Below, piece after piece: positions 43,627-63,731 of a DNA stretch of 64,000 nt. This DNA comes from Neocallimastix sp. 'constans' (lineage: Eukaryota), in assembly GCA_050613775.1 (NCBI GenBank), contig JBODTK010000155.1, positions 62,001 to 126,000 on the forward strand, in the 5' to 3' direction. Position 1 is the stretch's first letter. Each line of letters begins with the position of its first letter. Under the pieces are notes generated by a model. That model was not told the origin of the DNA, made no database searches, and was given only the letters and a program-made list of their open reading frames with translations. A program made the position numbers and the translations under genes.

Positions 43627-43965
43627 GAAAAATAAATAATAATAATAATAATAATAAAATAAAAAAAAAAAAAAAAAGAATTTGAATATGATATGATGGG
43701 ATTTAATAAAAAAAAAAAATTTTTTTTTTTTTTTTATTACTAATATACATTGAGAGTCAGAGAGTTAAACTGAATAGTGCAAAAAAAAAAAAAAATAAAA
43801 ATAAAATAGTAAAAAAATAAAAAAATAAAAAAAAAAAAAGATTTTTAAAATAAAAAAAAAATAAAAAATAAAAATAAAAAAATAAAAAAATTATAAAAAA
43901 AAAAAATTAATGAAAATTAAACATAATGAATCTTTTTTAAAAAAAAATGTATATTTATATATATA

Positions 43966-43998
<33 letters not shown>

Positions 43999-44021
43999 AT
44001 CTATATACTAGATAAATTATA

Positions 44022-48115
<4,094 letters not shown>

Positions 48116-49006
48116 CTATTATATATATATACATATTTTAAATATATATATATATATATATATTTTTTTTTTATTATTTTTTTATGATGTATATGTTCAT
48201 TTTTTTTTTTTATATTCCATTGAAATATTTTTTTTTATATTAAATTATACCCAATATAAATATGATATTTTTATGTATAATAGATATACAAAAACAAAAA
48301 AAAATATATATATATATAATACAGAAAAGATATGATTATATATATTATAAGAGAAATAATTATTTTTAAAATCCATTCCAAATATTAAATATTTTCATTA
48401 TTTTTAAATAGTGTCATATATATATAATAGATTGAAATTTTTATATGGGTTTATTTTTCATTTTTTCATTTTTATAAATCCAAAAAAAAAAAAAAAAAAA
48501 AAAAAAATCCAATATATTAAAAAAATTATATCCATAATATTTTTCATATCCAATATAAAAATAATATCCGATATATCCATGATGAAAAAAAAAATAATAA
48601 TAATAAAATCCGTCATATTCAACAAAAAAAAATATTTTCCATAAATATCCATAATAACAACAATAATAATCCATTTTTTTAATATGTATTTCCATTTTAT
48701 ATCCATATAACATTTATTATGTTTCATACGTTTCATATAAAATTAAAGGTATTATTATTATTATTTTTAAAAGGTCCATTTATTAGATATTATTTAAAGT
48801 TATTTTTTATAGGAAGAATAAAATATATAATATATATGTTTGGGAGAAGAGAATAAAAAAAAATAATATATTAATTATTTAATTAATAATATTATGTAAT
48901 AAAAAATATTTAGAGCATAATTACAAACCATTTTTATATATTTATTAATATCTTTCTATAAAATAGGGAAAAAATAATTAATGAAAATAGAATATTTAAG
49001 TTTTTC

Positions 49007-49038
<32 letters not shown>

Positions 49039-49286
49039 TCTTTATCTATATATTTTTTAAAATATAAAATTATAAAATAAAATATTTTGTAAAAAAATTT
49101 ATTTTTATTTTTTATATTTTCGGAGTATCAAATATCAATAATAATAAAAATAAAAATTTAACTATGTTAATAATAATATAAATACAAGTCTTATTTTAAG
49201 GATTATGGTTTTCATAAAAAATAATTTTATTAATAATTTTTTTTTTTAAAAAAATTATATATAATATATTAGTAATTATAATATTA

Positions 49287-49318
<32 letters not shown>

Positions 49319-49452
49319 CGTATACATATATATATATAATATAATATTTTAGAGAATACAGAATAATAATAATAATTAAGAAGTAATAACCATAAAATAT
49401 TGATTTTTGATAATAACACATTATAAGAACTATTATTTTTTATTATATTATT

Positions 49453-49493
<41 letters not shown>

Positions 49494-50506
49494 AATAAAT
49501 ATTAATTAATATTAATAATTATTAATCAAAAATAACTAAAACTGATATAGTAACAACAACAGTAATAGGTTTATTTTTAAATATTTTTAAAACCAAAATT
49601 TTAACAATCAATGTAATAAAAACTTCAATTTTAGGTTTTATTATTGTTTATTTAATATTTAATTTTAATAAATATTTAATGTATATATGTAATAAATTTA
49701 ATAGAAATATGTAATAACATTATAAATAAAAATATCACGTGTAATATATGATGATTAATATCACTTTTATTGATACTATAAAGTGAACTTTTATTATTTT
49801 GATGGTTTTTTATTTATATTATATTTTTAATTTCCATTTATATGAAAAATTATAAATTATTGAATGTTTTTTAAACTTTTACAGAATAAATAATAAGACC
49901 AAAAATGTGAAGATCTTTAAATAATAGTAATAATAATAATAATAATAAATAATATATTGTAATATAAGTAATAATAATAATTAATAATAATTAATAATAA
50001 TTAGTAATTAAAAAAAAATAATGATTATATTTATAAATTTTAAGTTGTATTTAGTTTTTTGAGTGGCAAAAATTGAATTAATATGAAAAAGGCCTTCAAA
50101 AATTATGGCCACAGCTTTTGAGAGATAGTATTATAACAGTATTACTATTATTTTTTTTTTTAACAATATTAATATGTATAATTAATATTATTTTTTACTA
50201 CTATTTACTATTATTTACTATTAGTATATATTATTACTATAATTGATACTATTTATTATTATTATTATTAATACAACAAATGTTAATATTTGTTGTTTAT
50301 TATAAATAATATTTTCATTATTAATGAGCATTAATTTCAATTAACAATTAACATGATGTATTTTATTATTTATTAAAATTTATGATAATGATATGTGAAA
50401 CGTTGTACATTCCCTTCTATTGAAAATAAAAAAAACTTTATAGTATATATAGAATTATTTATTTTTCATATGAAAAAAATTTTTTTTTTTAATTTAACAA
50501 ACTCTA

Positions 50507-50610
<104 letters not shown>

Positions 50611-52643
50611 ATAGAATATTAAAGAAGAATAAATTTTTTATTTGTAAAATTTTTATTTTTTATTTTTATATTTTTTTTTACTATAAAAAGTAATAAATTA
50701 TAAAATATTAAAAGAAATGAAGAAATAAATTAGGTTTATTATTATACATGAATATTTATTCTTTCTATGTTTTAATTATTTTTTTTTATTATTTTAATTT
50801 TTTTTTCTATCTTTAATCTGCTTTGTTTTGGTTTAATAAGTTGATAAAATATACATATATATATATAATTTTTTTTTATCTGTTTCGATATAAATTAAAC
50901 TTTTTTTATTCATTCATGAGTAATAATTTAACCGAAACCCAAAGGACTGAAATATTAAATTCATAAATAAAATTATTATATTTATTTTAGGAGTTAATTT
51001 CTATGACTTAGAAACCCACGCCAATGTTCTTATTAATAAAAAAATATTGTTTTATTATTTCTATTTTTTTATTTAATTAGATTTAAACTGAATTTTAAAT
51101 ACTGAAATACATATTAAATAGTCATTATGAAATAAAATAAATATTTATTTTAGTGTTAATATTTGTAGTAACTTTAAGTACATTTTTTGAAATATTTTTG
51201 TAATTACATAGTCTATATATATATATATAATCAAAAATAATAAAAAACAAACATATACAAACGAACAAACAAATAAACAAAAAAAAAAAAAAAAAGAAGA
51301 AAAAAAATAATATTATTAGAATATCCAAAATATAGATAATTTAATTATGATCATTCAAAAGTAGAATCAATACATAATATAGATCATAATAGATATATTA
51401 TTTAATAATAATTAATATTTAAACACTCACATTATCATTAACTAATTTGAATTTTGTACTAAAATATTACTAATTAAAAAAATAATAATAAACTTAATAA
51501 TATTAATAATAATTGATATTATAAATAATAAATAGCAAATGATAGTCAATAGTAAATAAATATTTATAATATATAAATAATAAATAATATTAAATATTAA
51601 ATATTAAATAATTGATATTAAATAATAACTAAATGTAATCTAACCTGAATTTTATACTTTTAAAAAAAAAATAATAAAATTCGTTACTCTTATATATATT
51701 CTATTGATATTTTATTATATTTGTTACCCGTCATTTTAAATTTTCTGTGAATTAAAATTAATTGCTATTAATTATGCATATTCATTTGAGTAAGTACATC
51801 ACATATTCCATTGTATTTTAATAAATTAACAATTTATTCAAAAACTTTTTGCACAAAATTAATATATGAAATGTTCGGAAATTATAAAATAATAGTTCAA
51901 AATATTATAATATATTATAATATATATTAGCAATATATAAATCAAAAACATTAAAAATTATTTTAAACTTAAATTTCTTTATTGTGAAATTTTAAATAAA
52001 TAAAGTTAAATTAAAATCAAATTTATATACAATATTATTAATTTTAAAAATAATGAATTTATTTGCAATTAATTTAATAATATATAATTAATATATATAA
52101 TAAATAATCTATTTAAATTGGTTTTATACCAAATTGTTTATATTATTATTCTTAAATAACTCTATATATTTCATTACGCTGTACTAATATATTGAGTTTA
52201 TATATTAATTATACACTATAGTATATTAATATTTTATATAAAAACATGTACTTTACATATTTTTCCTTATTTATTTATTTATTTATTTATTTCCATTTAT
52301 TATATATTTATAATATACGGTAAATATATTTAGTTACAAATTTAATTAGTTCTATATTATTGTTATATATTGTATTATATTTACACAAATAAAATTAAAT
52401 GTGTAATATATTATTGTTATTAATACATATTCATAAAAGGTTAACTTAAAATTATATATTAAATCTAATGAAAAATAGTCTAGTCTGTCTGTTCGTTAGG
52501 ATTATTGAAATGAAAATTATTGGTAATCCAGAAATTCGGAAAATTAAATTTTAATAAAAACAAATTAAATTAAAAAAAAAAAAAAAACATTATTATTCTA
52601 TTAATTGATCTTAATTAGTAAAAAATTCAAGATAATAAATATC

Positions 52644-52682
<39 letters not shown>

Positions 52683-54094
52683 TATTTTATAAATATAAAG
52701 TTCTAAATAATACAAGTTTTTTATTTTTTTTTTTTAAAAAAAAAACTTTTTTGTATATAACTACATATAATTATGATATCCCTTCTTTTACACAATATCA
52801 TATATATATATAGTGTGAGTATAACCTAGAGCAGTGAAATATTCAATATATATATGGGTCAGAACAAGTATATAATATAGGGTATAATCAATTTGCCACA
52901 ATAGTTGATAATTGGCCATATCAGCTTGTCATTGACCCTTGTTTCTTAATCTCTAAGCAAGGGTAGTACTGAATGATATCCCTTAATAGTTACATCATAA
53001 TTTAATAATAAATATTAATAAAACAATATTTATTATTAAATTATATATTACGTTTTTTCAAATTTTTTTATAAAAAAAATAAGATAAAACAATAAATAAT
53101 AAATAATAAATAATAATAAATAATAAATAATAAATGATAATAAATAATAATAAATAATAAATAAATAAATAATAAATAATAAATAAATAATAAATCATAA
53201 ATAAATAATAAATCATAAATAATAACATAATAATAATAAATCATAAATAATAACATAATAATAATAAATCATAAATAAATAATAAATAAATAAATAATAA
53301 ATAATAAATAATAATAAATAATAAATAATAATAAATAATAAATAATAATAAATAATAAATAAATAAATAATAAATAATAAATCATAAATAAATAATAAAT
53401 AAATAATAAATAAATAAATAAATAATAAATAAATAATAAATAAATAAATAATAAATAAATAATAAATCATAAATAATATAATAATATAATTATAAATGAT
53501 ATGAACAATAATAATATATTATTATATTATTATTGTTCATATTATGTTTTTTTTTTTTTTTTTCTTTTCTGGATATTAAATTTTAGAATTGGTCCTTCTG
53601 TAGAAAAATTGCATTTTGTAATAAATATATTATATAAGATTTGGAATTTGATTGATAATTATGGAGAGAGAAAATCACTTTTTATATTTGTAATATATAT
53701 TTATCTTTTTTTTTTTTATTATTATTTTATATTTTTCAAAATTCTATATAATAAACGATGATCTTCTATCTATTTTATTATATAAAGGCATTTTTCATTT
53801 TTTATTTTATTTTATATATAAAAATATTTACAGCTTTTGTTATTTTATATGTGAATACATAACTTATATATCTTTAAATAAGTTATGTATTATTGAAATG
53901 TCCATTTTAAGCAAAAAAAAAATACAATATTAATAATAAAAGTTGTTTAAATATGAAAGATGATATCGAAACCAATAAGTAAAAAAGTATAATTAATTAA
54001 TTAATTAATTAATTTAATTAATATTAAATTTTTTTTTTTATATTTTATATTATATTTTATTTTATTTTTTTTATATTTTATTTTATATTTTATT

Positions 54095-54340
54095 TTATTT
54101 TTTTTATATTTTATTTTATTTTATTTTTTTATATTTTATTTTATTTTTTTATATTTTATTTTATTTTTTTATATTTTATTTTATTTTTTTATATTTTATT
54201 TTATTTTTTTATATTTTATTTTATTTTTTTATATTTTATTTTATTTTTTTATATTTTATTTTATTTTTTTATATTTTATTTTATTTTTTTATATTTTATT
54301 TTATTTTTTTATATTTTATTTTATTTTTTTATATTTTATA
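54095..54340. repeat. 20-bp minisatellite (ttatttttttatattttatt)n, about 11-12 copies
   Basis: Exact 20-bp periodicity visible over about 54121-54338. Confidence 0.9.
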
Positions 54341-54904
54341 CTTTTTTTTTTTTTTATTATATTTATTATTTTTATTGTTTTTTTTATAATATTTTTCATT
54401 TTAATTAATTATTCTTTTTATGACATATAAAGAATAATTAAAATTTATTCTTTTGATATTAAAAAATATTTATGTAACCTGAAATAATTCAATTGCATAG
54501 TCATTAAATTAAATGTATTACATTTATATATTAACAATATATTGCAATTAAATTAATTATTAGTACTCATATATTATATAAACATATATTATTTAATATA
54601 AATGTATATATAGGTCAATATTTATGCTTTTTTATTTTTAATAATAATGAATTCTAATTATTATAAAAATTCTTAATGTATAATTAAATAATATATGATT
54701 ATATAATAATAGCAATATTATATAATTTAATAATAAGGAACAGAAAAAATTTTTGTTTTTTAATAATGCATAAAAAAAATAATTAAATTAGTGGTAATAC
54801 TTCTTAAATAATTTGCTTTTTCTTTTTCTTTCTCTTTCTTTTTTTTTTTTTTTTAATTTTTTGCATAAATTATTTATTAAAAATTATTTTATATTATATT
54901 ATTC

Positions 54905-54938
<34 letters not shown>

Positions 54939-57030
54939 TATATATATATATATATTTCCTTTTAACGAAAGATTGATTTTATTATTATTTATTATTATAA
55001 TTATTTTTATTTCATTGATAATTTATTTAATTAATTAATTATTTTTTGTTTTTATTAAAATATAAAATAAATAATTAAAAAAATAAAAATAAAAATAATA
55101 ATAGTAATAATAATAAAAAGAATAAAAGGAAGTTATTTAATTTTCTTCAGAAACATAAAATTTATATTTATATATATATTTATATTGATATAACAGTATT
55201 ATAAATATAACTTTTTAGATCTATTTTTTTTCTAATAGATAAAAAAAAAAGAACAAGATTGATTAAATAACATCATTATATATAATATATTATTTTTATT
55301 TTCTTTCGATTAATATTTAATATTTCAAAATTATTACTATTTTTATTTTTATTTTTATTTTTTTTTTTTTTTTTGCATAAATTCAATATATATTTTATAT
55401 TTAGTTTTTATTTAGTGTTAAAAATAAAGAAAAAAGTAGTAATATTTAAATAAAAGACATATTATTAGAAAATCAACAAAAAAAAAATTTAAAAAATAAA
55501 AAAATCAAAAAAAAAAAAGTTTTTAGAAATACAGAAAAATCAAGGAAATAAAAGAATATATAAGAGTATAGTATATAAGAATATATAAAAATGAATTAAT
55601 TAATTTTATATTTAAAAACAAAAATACAAGATTTTATAAACATTGTTAATTATTAAATTATTAAAGCTTCAAGTTTATAATATTTAACATTCATTTATAT
55701 CATTTTTCATCATAAAATCTCTATCATTTCATTATATTTATTTATATAATTTTTTTTTTATAGAAAAAAGAAAAAAATTTTTATCTCAATAAAAAATTAT
55801 ATAATAAACAATAATTAAAATTTCATTTTATTATTCAGTAAAGTATAGGATAATAATTTAATAATTAATATATTCAATTTTATTAACATATACAAGTAAA
55901 TTCTTTTTTATATTGACTTTTTCTTACAAAATTGAATATTCTTTATTAGTAAATATATAAATATATTATTTTTGGAAAAATTATATAAAAATATTATAAT
56001 TTTTTTTAAATATTTTTATTCAACTTTATAAATAATAATTTATATATTTTTTTATTTTAAATAATAAAAATATTAAAAACGAAAATAAAGTGTTTAAGGA
56101 ATATCATTAATATATTAAACATAATATACAATATATATTCTTAACCATTCAGAGTAAATAAACAATAAAAAGTAATAATATAAATATATAATTTTAACAA
56201 TTATCACATAGATAACATTTTATTAATTTTTTATATTAAAAATTGTAATTTTGAAAAATTAAATAAATAGTTAAAAATATAATTTTCAATAGGTAAATAT
56301 TCCTTTATAATATATATATATTTTAGTAATATTTAAATAATATTTAAATAAAAATAATTTTAAACCAAATTGCTGATTTTTTTCAATAAAATAATAATAA
56401 ATAATAGTAACTTTTATTAAACAATATTCCAATTGTGAAAATTAGTGATATTTATTTTTTTTTATTGAAACTAATAAAAAGGTAAATATTAATTAATAAG
56501 CTATAACTTTTTTTTTTGTATAAAAATAGTAATGTTTTCATATTTTATTTTTTTAAAATATTTACAATTAAATAGAAAAATTTTGATATTACTTTTTAAA
56601 AGTTATAAAAAACAAATCATTTTTTTAATAGTATTTTGAAAAAACCTCTAAATATTGTAAAATAGTCAAAATTTTTATATCTTATTTACGTCGAACTTTT
56701 GTATAAGGAAGGATATATTTTTATTATTTGATGAAGCTAATTTGTAAATTGTTTATTTATATTTAAACAATTAAGACATCGATAACATAAATAACAATTT
56801 AATCAAATAAATCAAAAATAATCTTATTATATAATTAAATTCGAATAAACTTTTTTTTTCTACTGTGAATAAAAATAATATTATATAATAATAGTAAATT
56901 ATAATCATCGTAAATTCAATTTAAATAAAAATTACACGGAAATACCTTTTTTTTTTGAAATTAATTAAACTGAAGAAAACCATTATTATTATTGATTTTT
57001 TATTATTAAATTTAATTTTATTATTTCATA

Positions 57031-60000
57031 ATGAACGAAACTAAATCTAATGAAACTTTTTTAGTTGCTGCTGATGTTTTAGTGGTAAGATTTTTTATAT
57101 ATTACTATTTAAATATATATAATATCATAATAGTAATATTACTCTTATTATTTTTATATAAACTTTTTTTTTTAATTTTAATTATTATTATTATTATTAT
57201 TATTTTTATTTATTTATTCATTTTTAATTTTATTTTATTTTATTTTTTTTTTTTTTAGAAAGTAATAATTTTAGAATATATAAAAAATTTTGAAATAATT
57301 TAATGATTATATAAAATATTAATTAATTTATTTATGCTATAATTTATAAACATTTAAAGGATAATGTACTTAAAGAAGAACCAGCAACATTTTTACCATC
57401 AGAAAAGTCGGATAATACAAAGAAGTCTTCAATGAAGAATCAAAAACCTTTAAAAATAAAAAGTATGAATGATGCTGATAATAAAGTGGGTGGTATTGCA
57501 AGTGCAGCAGAGGATACATCAATGTATAATAATAAAAATGAAAAGTCTAGTGGTAATTTGAATAATAATAGTTTAAATAATACCAATAATACGCCTACTT
57601 CCTCGGCATCAACACCAGTAACTTCTACTTATTTTGGAAATAGGAGTAATACAAATATAAATGGTGTAAAAAAGTCTTTTGAAAAGAGATATAACTCTAT
57701 TTCTTTTTCACCAAATGCAAATCTTCATTCTTCTGGATTAAATTCATCACCAATTTTAAAGCCTAAAAAGACTCTTCATGTAACTAATTTCACAATGAAT
57801 AAAAGTGCTTTACGTAATTTACTTTTGACTTTTCCTGGATTTAAGACCGTAGCTTTTTATCAAGATTATTGTTTTGTTGTATTTGCTGATATTGAAAGTG
57901 CGACCAATGCTGCTGAACAACTTTTAGCAAAAACGAAATTGAAGGTTAACTTTTCAAAGGCTGATTATATACCAAATGTTGTTTCTCCATCATCAATCGG
58001 TAATCCAAATTCTATTTTACATGTTACAAACTATCCAACTTCAACAACTGAAACTGAAATGATAGAAATGTATTCTTCCTATCCTGGATATTTACATATT
58101 CATTTTTCAAAGAATTTTAGTTTAGTTTATTATCAAGATATTGCATCTGCAAAAAACGTATTACAACATATGAATCAAACCACCAATTTTACTACTATTT
58201 ATTCAATTAAAAATGCTAATAATAGCCCAATTAATATGAACAATAATTATCATAATAATGTTCCAAATGGTCCTCCACCACCATTTAATTCAATGATGAA
58301 TAATGGATATCGTAATATGAATGTTAGTGGTGGTTTAGTTATGAGTAATGGTTATCCACCACCACCGGTATCAGCAACAGCTCCTACTACATCAAACTTT
58401 AATGCAAATGGTGTAATTAATCATCCACACACTAATAATGTTAATATTTCACCAAATGCTCCTCACAATAATAGTTTTATTAAGTATAATAATAGTAGTA
58501 AAAATCTAACTACTTTAGCTAATAATACTAATATTAAGGGTATAAATGGTTTTGGTATGCCAACAAATGGAAATTCGAATAATTCAGCTAATCTTTATGG
58601 ATTTAATAATCCAAATGGTAATATGAATAGTGGACCATTAAATTTGAATAATGGTATACAAAATAATGCAGTAAATGGAATGAATTATTTTGTTGGAATG
58701 CCTAAACCAATGGGATTATCACCAAATATAGATGGAAATAATGTTTTTAATAGTCCATATAAAAATCAAAATGGGGCTATGAGAAAACAAAGTGAAGGTG
58801 CTGATTTATCAGCTCAGTTACTCAACTTAAATCTTTCTCGAGGTAAGGATGATGAACCTTCTAATGGTATTACTTCCTTAATTCAATCTAAGAGTGATTC
58901 TAATATTAATGGTTTATTGAATCGAAAAAATTCTGGTTCATTAATGAATGTTCTTGAAAATAATAATAGTCTTGGTAATAACGACGGTACCAGTTCAAAT
59001 AATTCTGGAATAAGTTCAAATGTTAGTTCTCCATTCTTTAAAAAGAGTTCTATCTATGATGAAACGAATGGATTAAAACCATCTAATTCAAATCAATTGT
59101 TAAGTGCTGGTAACTATGGATTGAATAGAAATGAATTTATGAATGCAAGGAAACTTTCCAATGCTTCTAATATATTAACGGAGAATAATCAAAATAATAA
59201 TTATTCTAATTATCCAAGTAATAAATACATGGTACCACCAGATGTGACAATTACTCCAGATTATTCTGATGTAATGAAGGGTAATGGTTTTAATCCTGTA
59301 TTACCTCTTCAAAATTTTGGAAACTATTCAACGACTCAACAAGCAGTGCCAAAGGATACTAATAAAATTGGTATGAATGATTCCCATTCAACAGATATGT
59401 TTAATCAGATGAATTATTCTGAAATGAATGATCCAAATTCTATTTTTAATAATTTAAATAGAACATTATCAGATACAGCGTTATCCCAAAATCTTGAAGA
59501 TGATACAGCAAACACTAGTATGACAATAAATCATGCAGATAAATTACATCCATCTATACAAATAAATAATTCAACTAATAATGATCTCTCCATAAATAAT
59601 AGTAAACTTCGTCAAAATAGTACCGGTTCTGCAGCATTTAATATTGCAAATGATAAACTTTCATTTATGCCATTAACCATGAGTGGTCACGGATCTGTAT
59701 TAAATACCGGTAATAATGATAGTAATAGGACAAATAGTACTGTAAAACAACATTCACTTTCAAGTCTTGATTTATTTGGAATGAAAAATTTATACAATGG
59801 TTCATTTAATAGTAACAATGGTTCTATTAATTCAACCAGTTTCTCCAGTCAATTATTGAAGAGTTCGAAGAGTGAATTACCATTTGTTCAATCAACTCCA
59901 CGTTCTAATTCCACATCACCATATATTGATTTTAAAAATGGTAATAATTTATTATCATCAGGAATGGCAAATACCTCATTTACTAATTTTCCTTCGCTAA

Positions 60001-61013
60001 TGAATAAAAGTAAATCATTTTGTGCTATAAATTCTTTAAATAATAATAATAGAAATCCAAATGATTTATCATTTACTTCTATATTTAGTAATGATAAAAA
60101 GGATAGTAATAGTAGCTTCGATGGTGGACTTCTCATAAAGAATTCTTATGGGGTTGAGTCTCCAAAATCCATGTATGAGCCAGGTCTTAAGAATTTGAGA
60201 GATAATGACATAGAATTTGAAGGAAGTCAAGAAAAGAGTAAGTCTGTTGGCATTATTGGAGAAAGTTCAAAATTAAATGATAAAAATAATGATACATATG
60301 ATAATGATTATATGAAAATTAATAATAATTTGTTAGTTAAGGATATTAGTAGTTCCTTCAGTGATAGTAGTGTTAATGAAAATGATTTTATTGAATTTAT
60401 TGCTTCGAAGAGACAAGGTAATAAAAAAGAAGATAGTAAAACCGATAGTAATAAGACTTCAGAAAATCAATCGACCAAGGCTAATAATTCTTCTCAAGAA
60501 TTAGAAGTAAAAGAATTGAATAATTCTAGTAGTCATAAGTCTTCGATATCTTCTTCAACTTCACCAACCTTTGTTTACTCTCCAATTAATAATGATAAGA
60601 GTGAATTAAGTATTGATGAAGTTATCTTTAATAATGTAAATGGTAAGGTTTCTTCATCATCTACATCTAATCAAATTAATTCAAAGGGTAATAATTTGAG
60701 TTATTCCACCCTTATTAATAGTAGTGGAAATGAATCCTTTTTAAATTCAATTAAGAATATTTCATCATTAAATTATACTGATAACACTGATAATAAAAAA
60801 TTAAAAAATGATTCAGATTTAGAAGAAAATAAAATTGATAATGATAGTTTAATTAAACAATTATATGCTAAAATCGAACAATTACAAAAAGAAAATAATG
60901 AATTATCTAAAACTCGTGATTATCATTTATTATTAATTTCAAAATTGGAAAATCAACTTGAAATGAGTCGTACAGAAAATAATAATTTAAAGGAAAAATT
61001 AAATAGACTTTAG
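57031..61013 (+). CDS. RNA-binding protein with two RRMs (Whi3/Scw1/RBPMS-like), Asn/Ser-rich low-complexity region and C-terminal coiled coil
   Basis: Exon 1 57031-57084 (gtaaga donor) and exon 2 57360-61013 are in frame with the 1193-aa ORF. RRM1 KTLHVTNF..FPGFKTVAF..YCFVVFADIESATNAAEQL..KVNFSK; RRM2 SILHVTNYPTSTTETEMIEMYSSYPGY; heptad-rich C-terminus. Confidence 0.82.
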
Positions 61014-61892
61014 TTCGTTATTCATAACAAAAAATCATTCAACATTCTTTTCATAAAAAGCATTAATCGTCATCATAACTAAATATATAATCGTAAATCT
61101 TAAATCGTAATCATTTTAATTATTTTTTATGTATACAAAAAAAAAAAAAATTTTTTATTTTTTTTTTTTTTAAGTTAGTTTTTTTTTTTTTTTTTTTTTT
61201 TTTGACAGATATATTAATACAAATATTAGTACTAAAATAATAATAATAATATTAATTATAACAAAAGACTATATTTATAAATTATTTATATGAATTTTTT
61301 TTTTAAACATTCATATTACCCATTCATTTTTTTTTTAAAAAAAAAAAACAAAAAAACTTTTATTTATTACTAATCAATTTATATTATTATTAAAAAAAAT
61401 AGTAGGCAGAAAATAATTACTAATAAGTTTATAAATAGATAATTAATTAGATAAAAAATAATTTATTTATTTATTTATTTTTTATTTGAGAAATATATTA
61501 TATATTTTTCAAAAATCTTATAGTGAGTTATTCTTTTTTATTTTTTAAAAAAAATTTTTTTTTTTATTCGTAATTTTTTACATAAAAAAAATTAATATAT
61601 AAATTAAATATATATATTAGTAATATTATTAACTAATATATTATCAGTCATATATATTGGTGATAATTATAATTAATATAATAATAATTAATAAATATAT
61701 GTATTATATATATATGTTTTTTTTAAAAAAAATCTGTTGAAAAAAATAATAATAAATTGAAAACTATTTAATACTTTTTCAAATAAAATAAAAAGTAAAA
61801 AGTATTAAAAAAAAAAAAAAAAAAAAAAAAGCAAAAAAAGAAAAAAAAAAAAAGCAAAAATATAATCAAAAATAAAATAATACAAAATAATA

Positions 61893-61928
<36 letters not shown>

Positions 61929-62378
61929 AACATACATAAAAAGAAAAAAAAGAAAAAAATATATAATCAAATGAAATAAAATAATAAATATATATATATA
62001 TATATATAAATAATAATAAATACAAACAAACAAACAAGCAAAAAAATTAAAATAATAATATTAATAAAAATAGTAATATCTTTAATTATAATAATAATTA
62101 AATAACAACAATAATAATAATAATTAAGAAAACATTTCTTAATAAAAAAAAAAAAAAAAGTAAAAAAATTTTAATAAACACTTATAAAGTGTTAATAATA
62201 TTAAAAAAATCAATAAATAAATAAATAAAAGTTTAAAAAAAAATATTTATTAAAAAAAAATTTTATTAATAAACGGACAAATTTATGGAAAAGATGTATC
62301 ATATATATGAAATATTAATATTAATAATAAAAATGATTAAAAGAAAAAAGATAAATTTTATATCATTTTTGTTGTAAA

Positions 62379-62484
<106 letters not shown>

Positions 62485-63465
62485 TTTTATATATGTAAAT
62501 TTTATTATTTTAACTTTTTTTTTTTTTTGTTTTATGTGATGACCGTGATTTCTTTTAAATTTTTAAAAAGTAAAATTAATTTTTAATTAAAAAATACATA
62601 AGCTAATTAATAAGTAGTTAAATTAAATTATAAATGCGTATATGATATAGTTAAAAAAAAAAAAAAAGTGTGTAAGTATTAATAAAAATAAAATAAAATA
62701 AATAAAAAATTTATTTTTAATTTTATTTTTTTCTTTGTATTTTTTATATTACAAAGAGTATAAAATAAATATTATTATGAATAAATATAAAAATATAAAA
62801 CAATATATATATATATATTTATTTGCAGATGGAACAAAATAAATAAAGATAAAATTAAAAAAATATATATATATTAAGTATAGATTAAATATTAAAATTG
62901 TATTTTTTTTTTTTTTTATCTATGTATCTATTTATTTATTTATTTATTTACTTATTTTTTTATTTTATTTTATTTTATCTTTTTTATTTATTTATTTTAT
63001 TTTTATAAAAAAAAAGTTCATGAAATATCATTCATTTAATTATAAATTAATAATTTATTTATTATTTATATTTTTTTTTTATAGAATAAAAAAAAAAATA
63101 ATAATAATTATAGTATTAGTATTTAAAATTTTTAAAGTTCAAAATTTCGATTGGTTTAAATTAAATAAATTAAAATATATATATATTTTTTTTCTTTAAT
63201 TTTTTTATAATAATATTTTGAAATAATTTTGATATTTATTCTAAAAGAAAAAAAAAAAAATTGGATAATGATATATTATTAAATATGTATTTTAAAATTT
63301 AATATTTTCATCATCGTCATATTAAAAAAAAAAAAAAAAAAAAGAAAAGTAATAAGGCTATTTTAATTAATCAATTAAAAAAAAAAAAAAAAAACCTAAT
63401 AAAATACAATAAAATAGAATTAAAAAATAAAATAAAATAGAATAAAAAATAAAATAGAATAGAGT

Positions 63466-63510
<45 letters not shown>

Positions 63511-63524
63511 ATATAAAATATTAA

Positions 63525-63731
63525 ATGGAAAAATATCATATTTTAAAAAAAGTTGGAGAAGGTGCTCATGGTGTTGTTTTCAAAGCAAAGTGGATAAAAA
63601 GTGATAATGCTACAGAAAAAAAAGAAAAAAAGGTCGCTTTGAAAAAAATTCCTCTACGAAAATTAGAAGATGGATTTCCTGTGAATACTCTTCGAGAAAT
63701 ACTTGCGTATAATCGATTGAATCATGAAAAT
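63525..63731 (+). CDS. CDK20: Cyclin-dependent kinase 20 (CCRK/LF2-like), first exon; gene continues beyond the window
   Basis: MEKYHILKKVGEGAHGVVFKAK...VALKKIPLRKLEDGFPVNTLREI. GEGAHG and LEDGFP are characteristic of CDK20. gtatat donor at 63732. Confidence 0.82.

Noticed and set aside
52770..53000. TPP riboswitch or telomerase RNA identity for this island
   Set aside because: It lacks the CUGAGA and ACCUGAU/ACUUGAU cores, and has no CCCUAA-type template (only taaccta).
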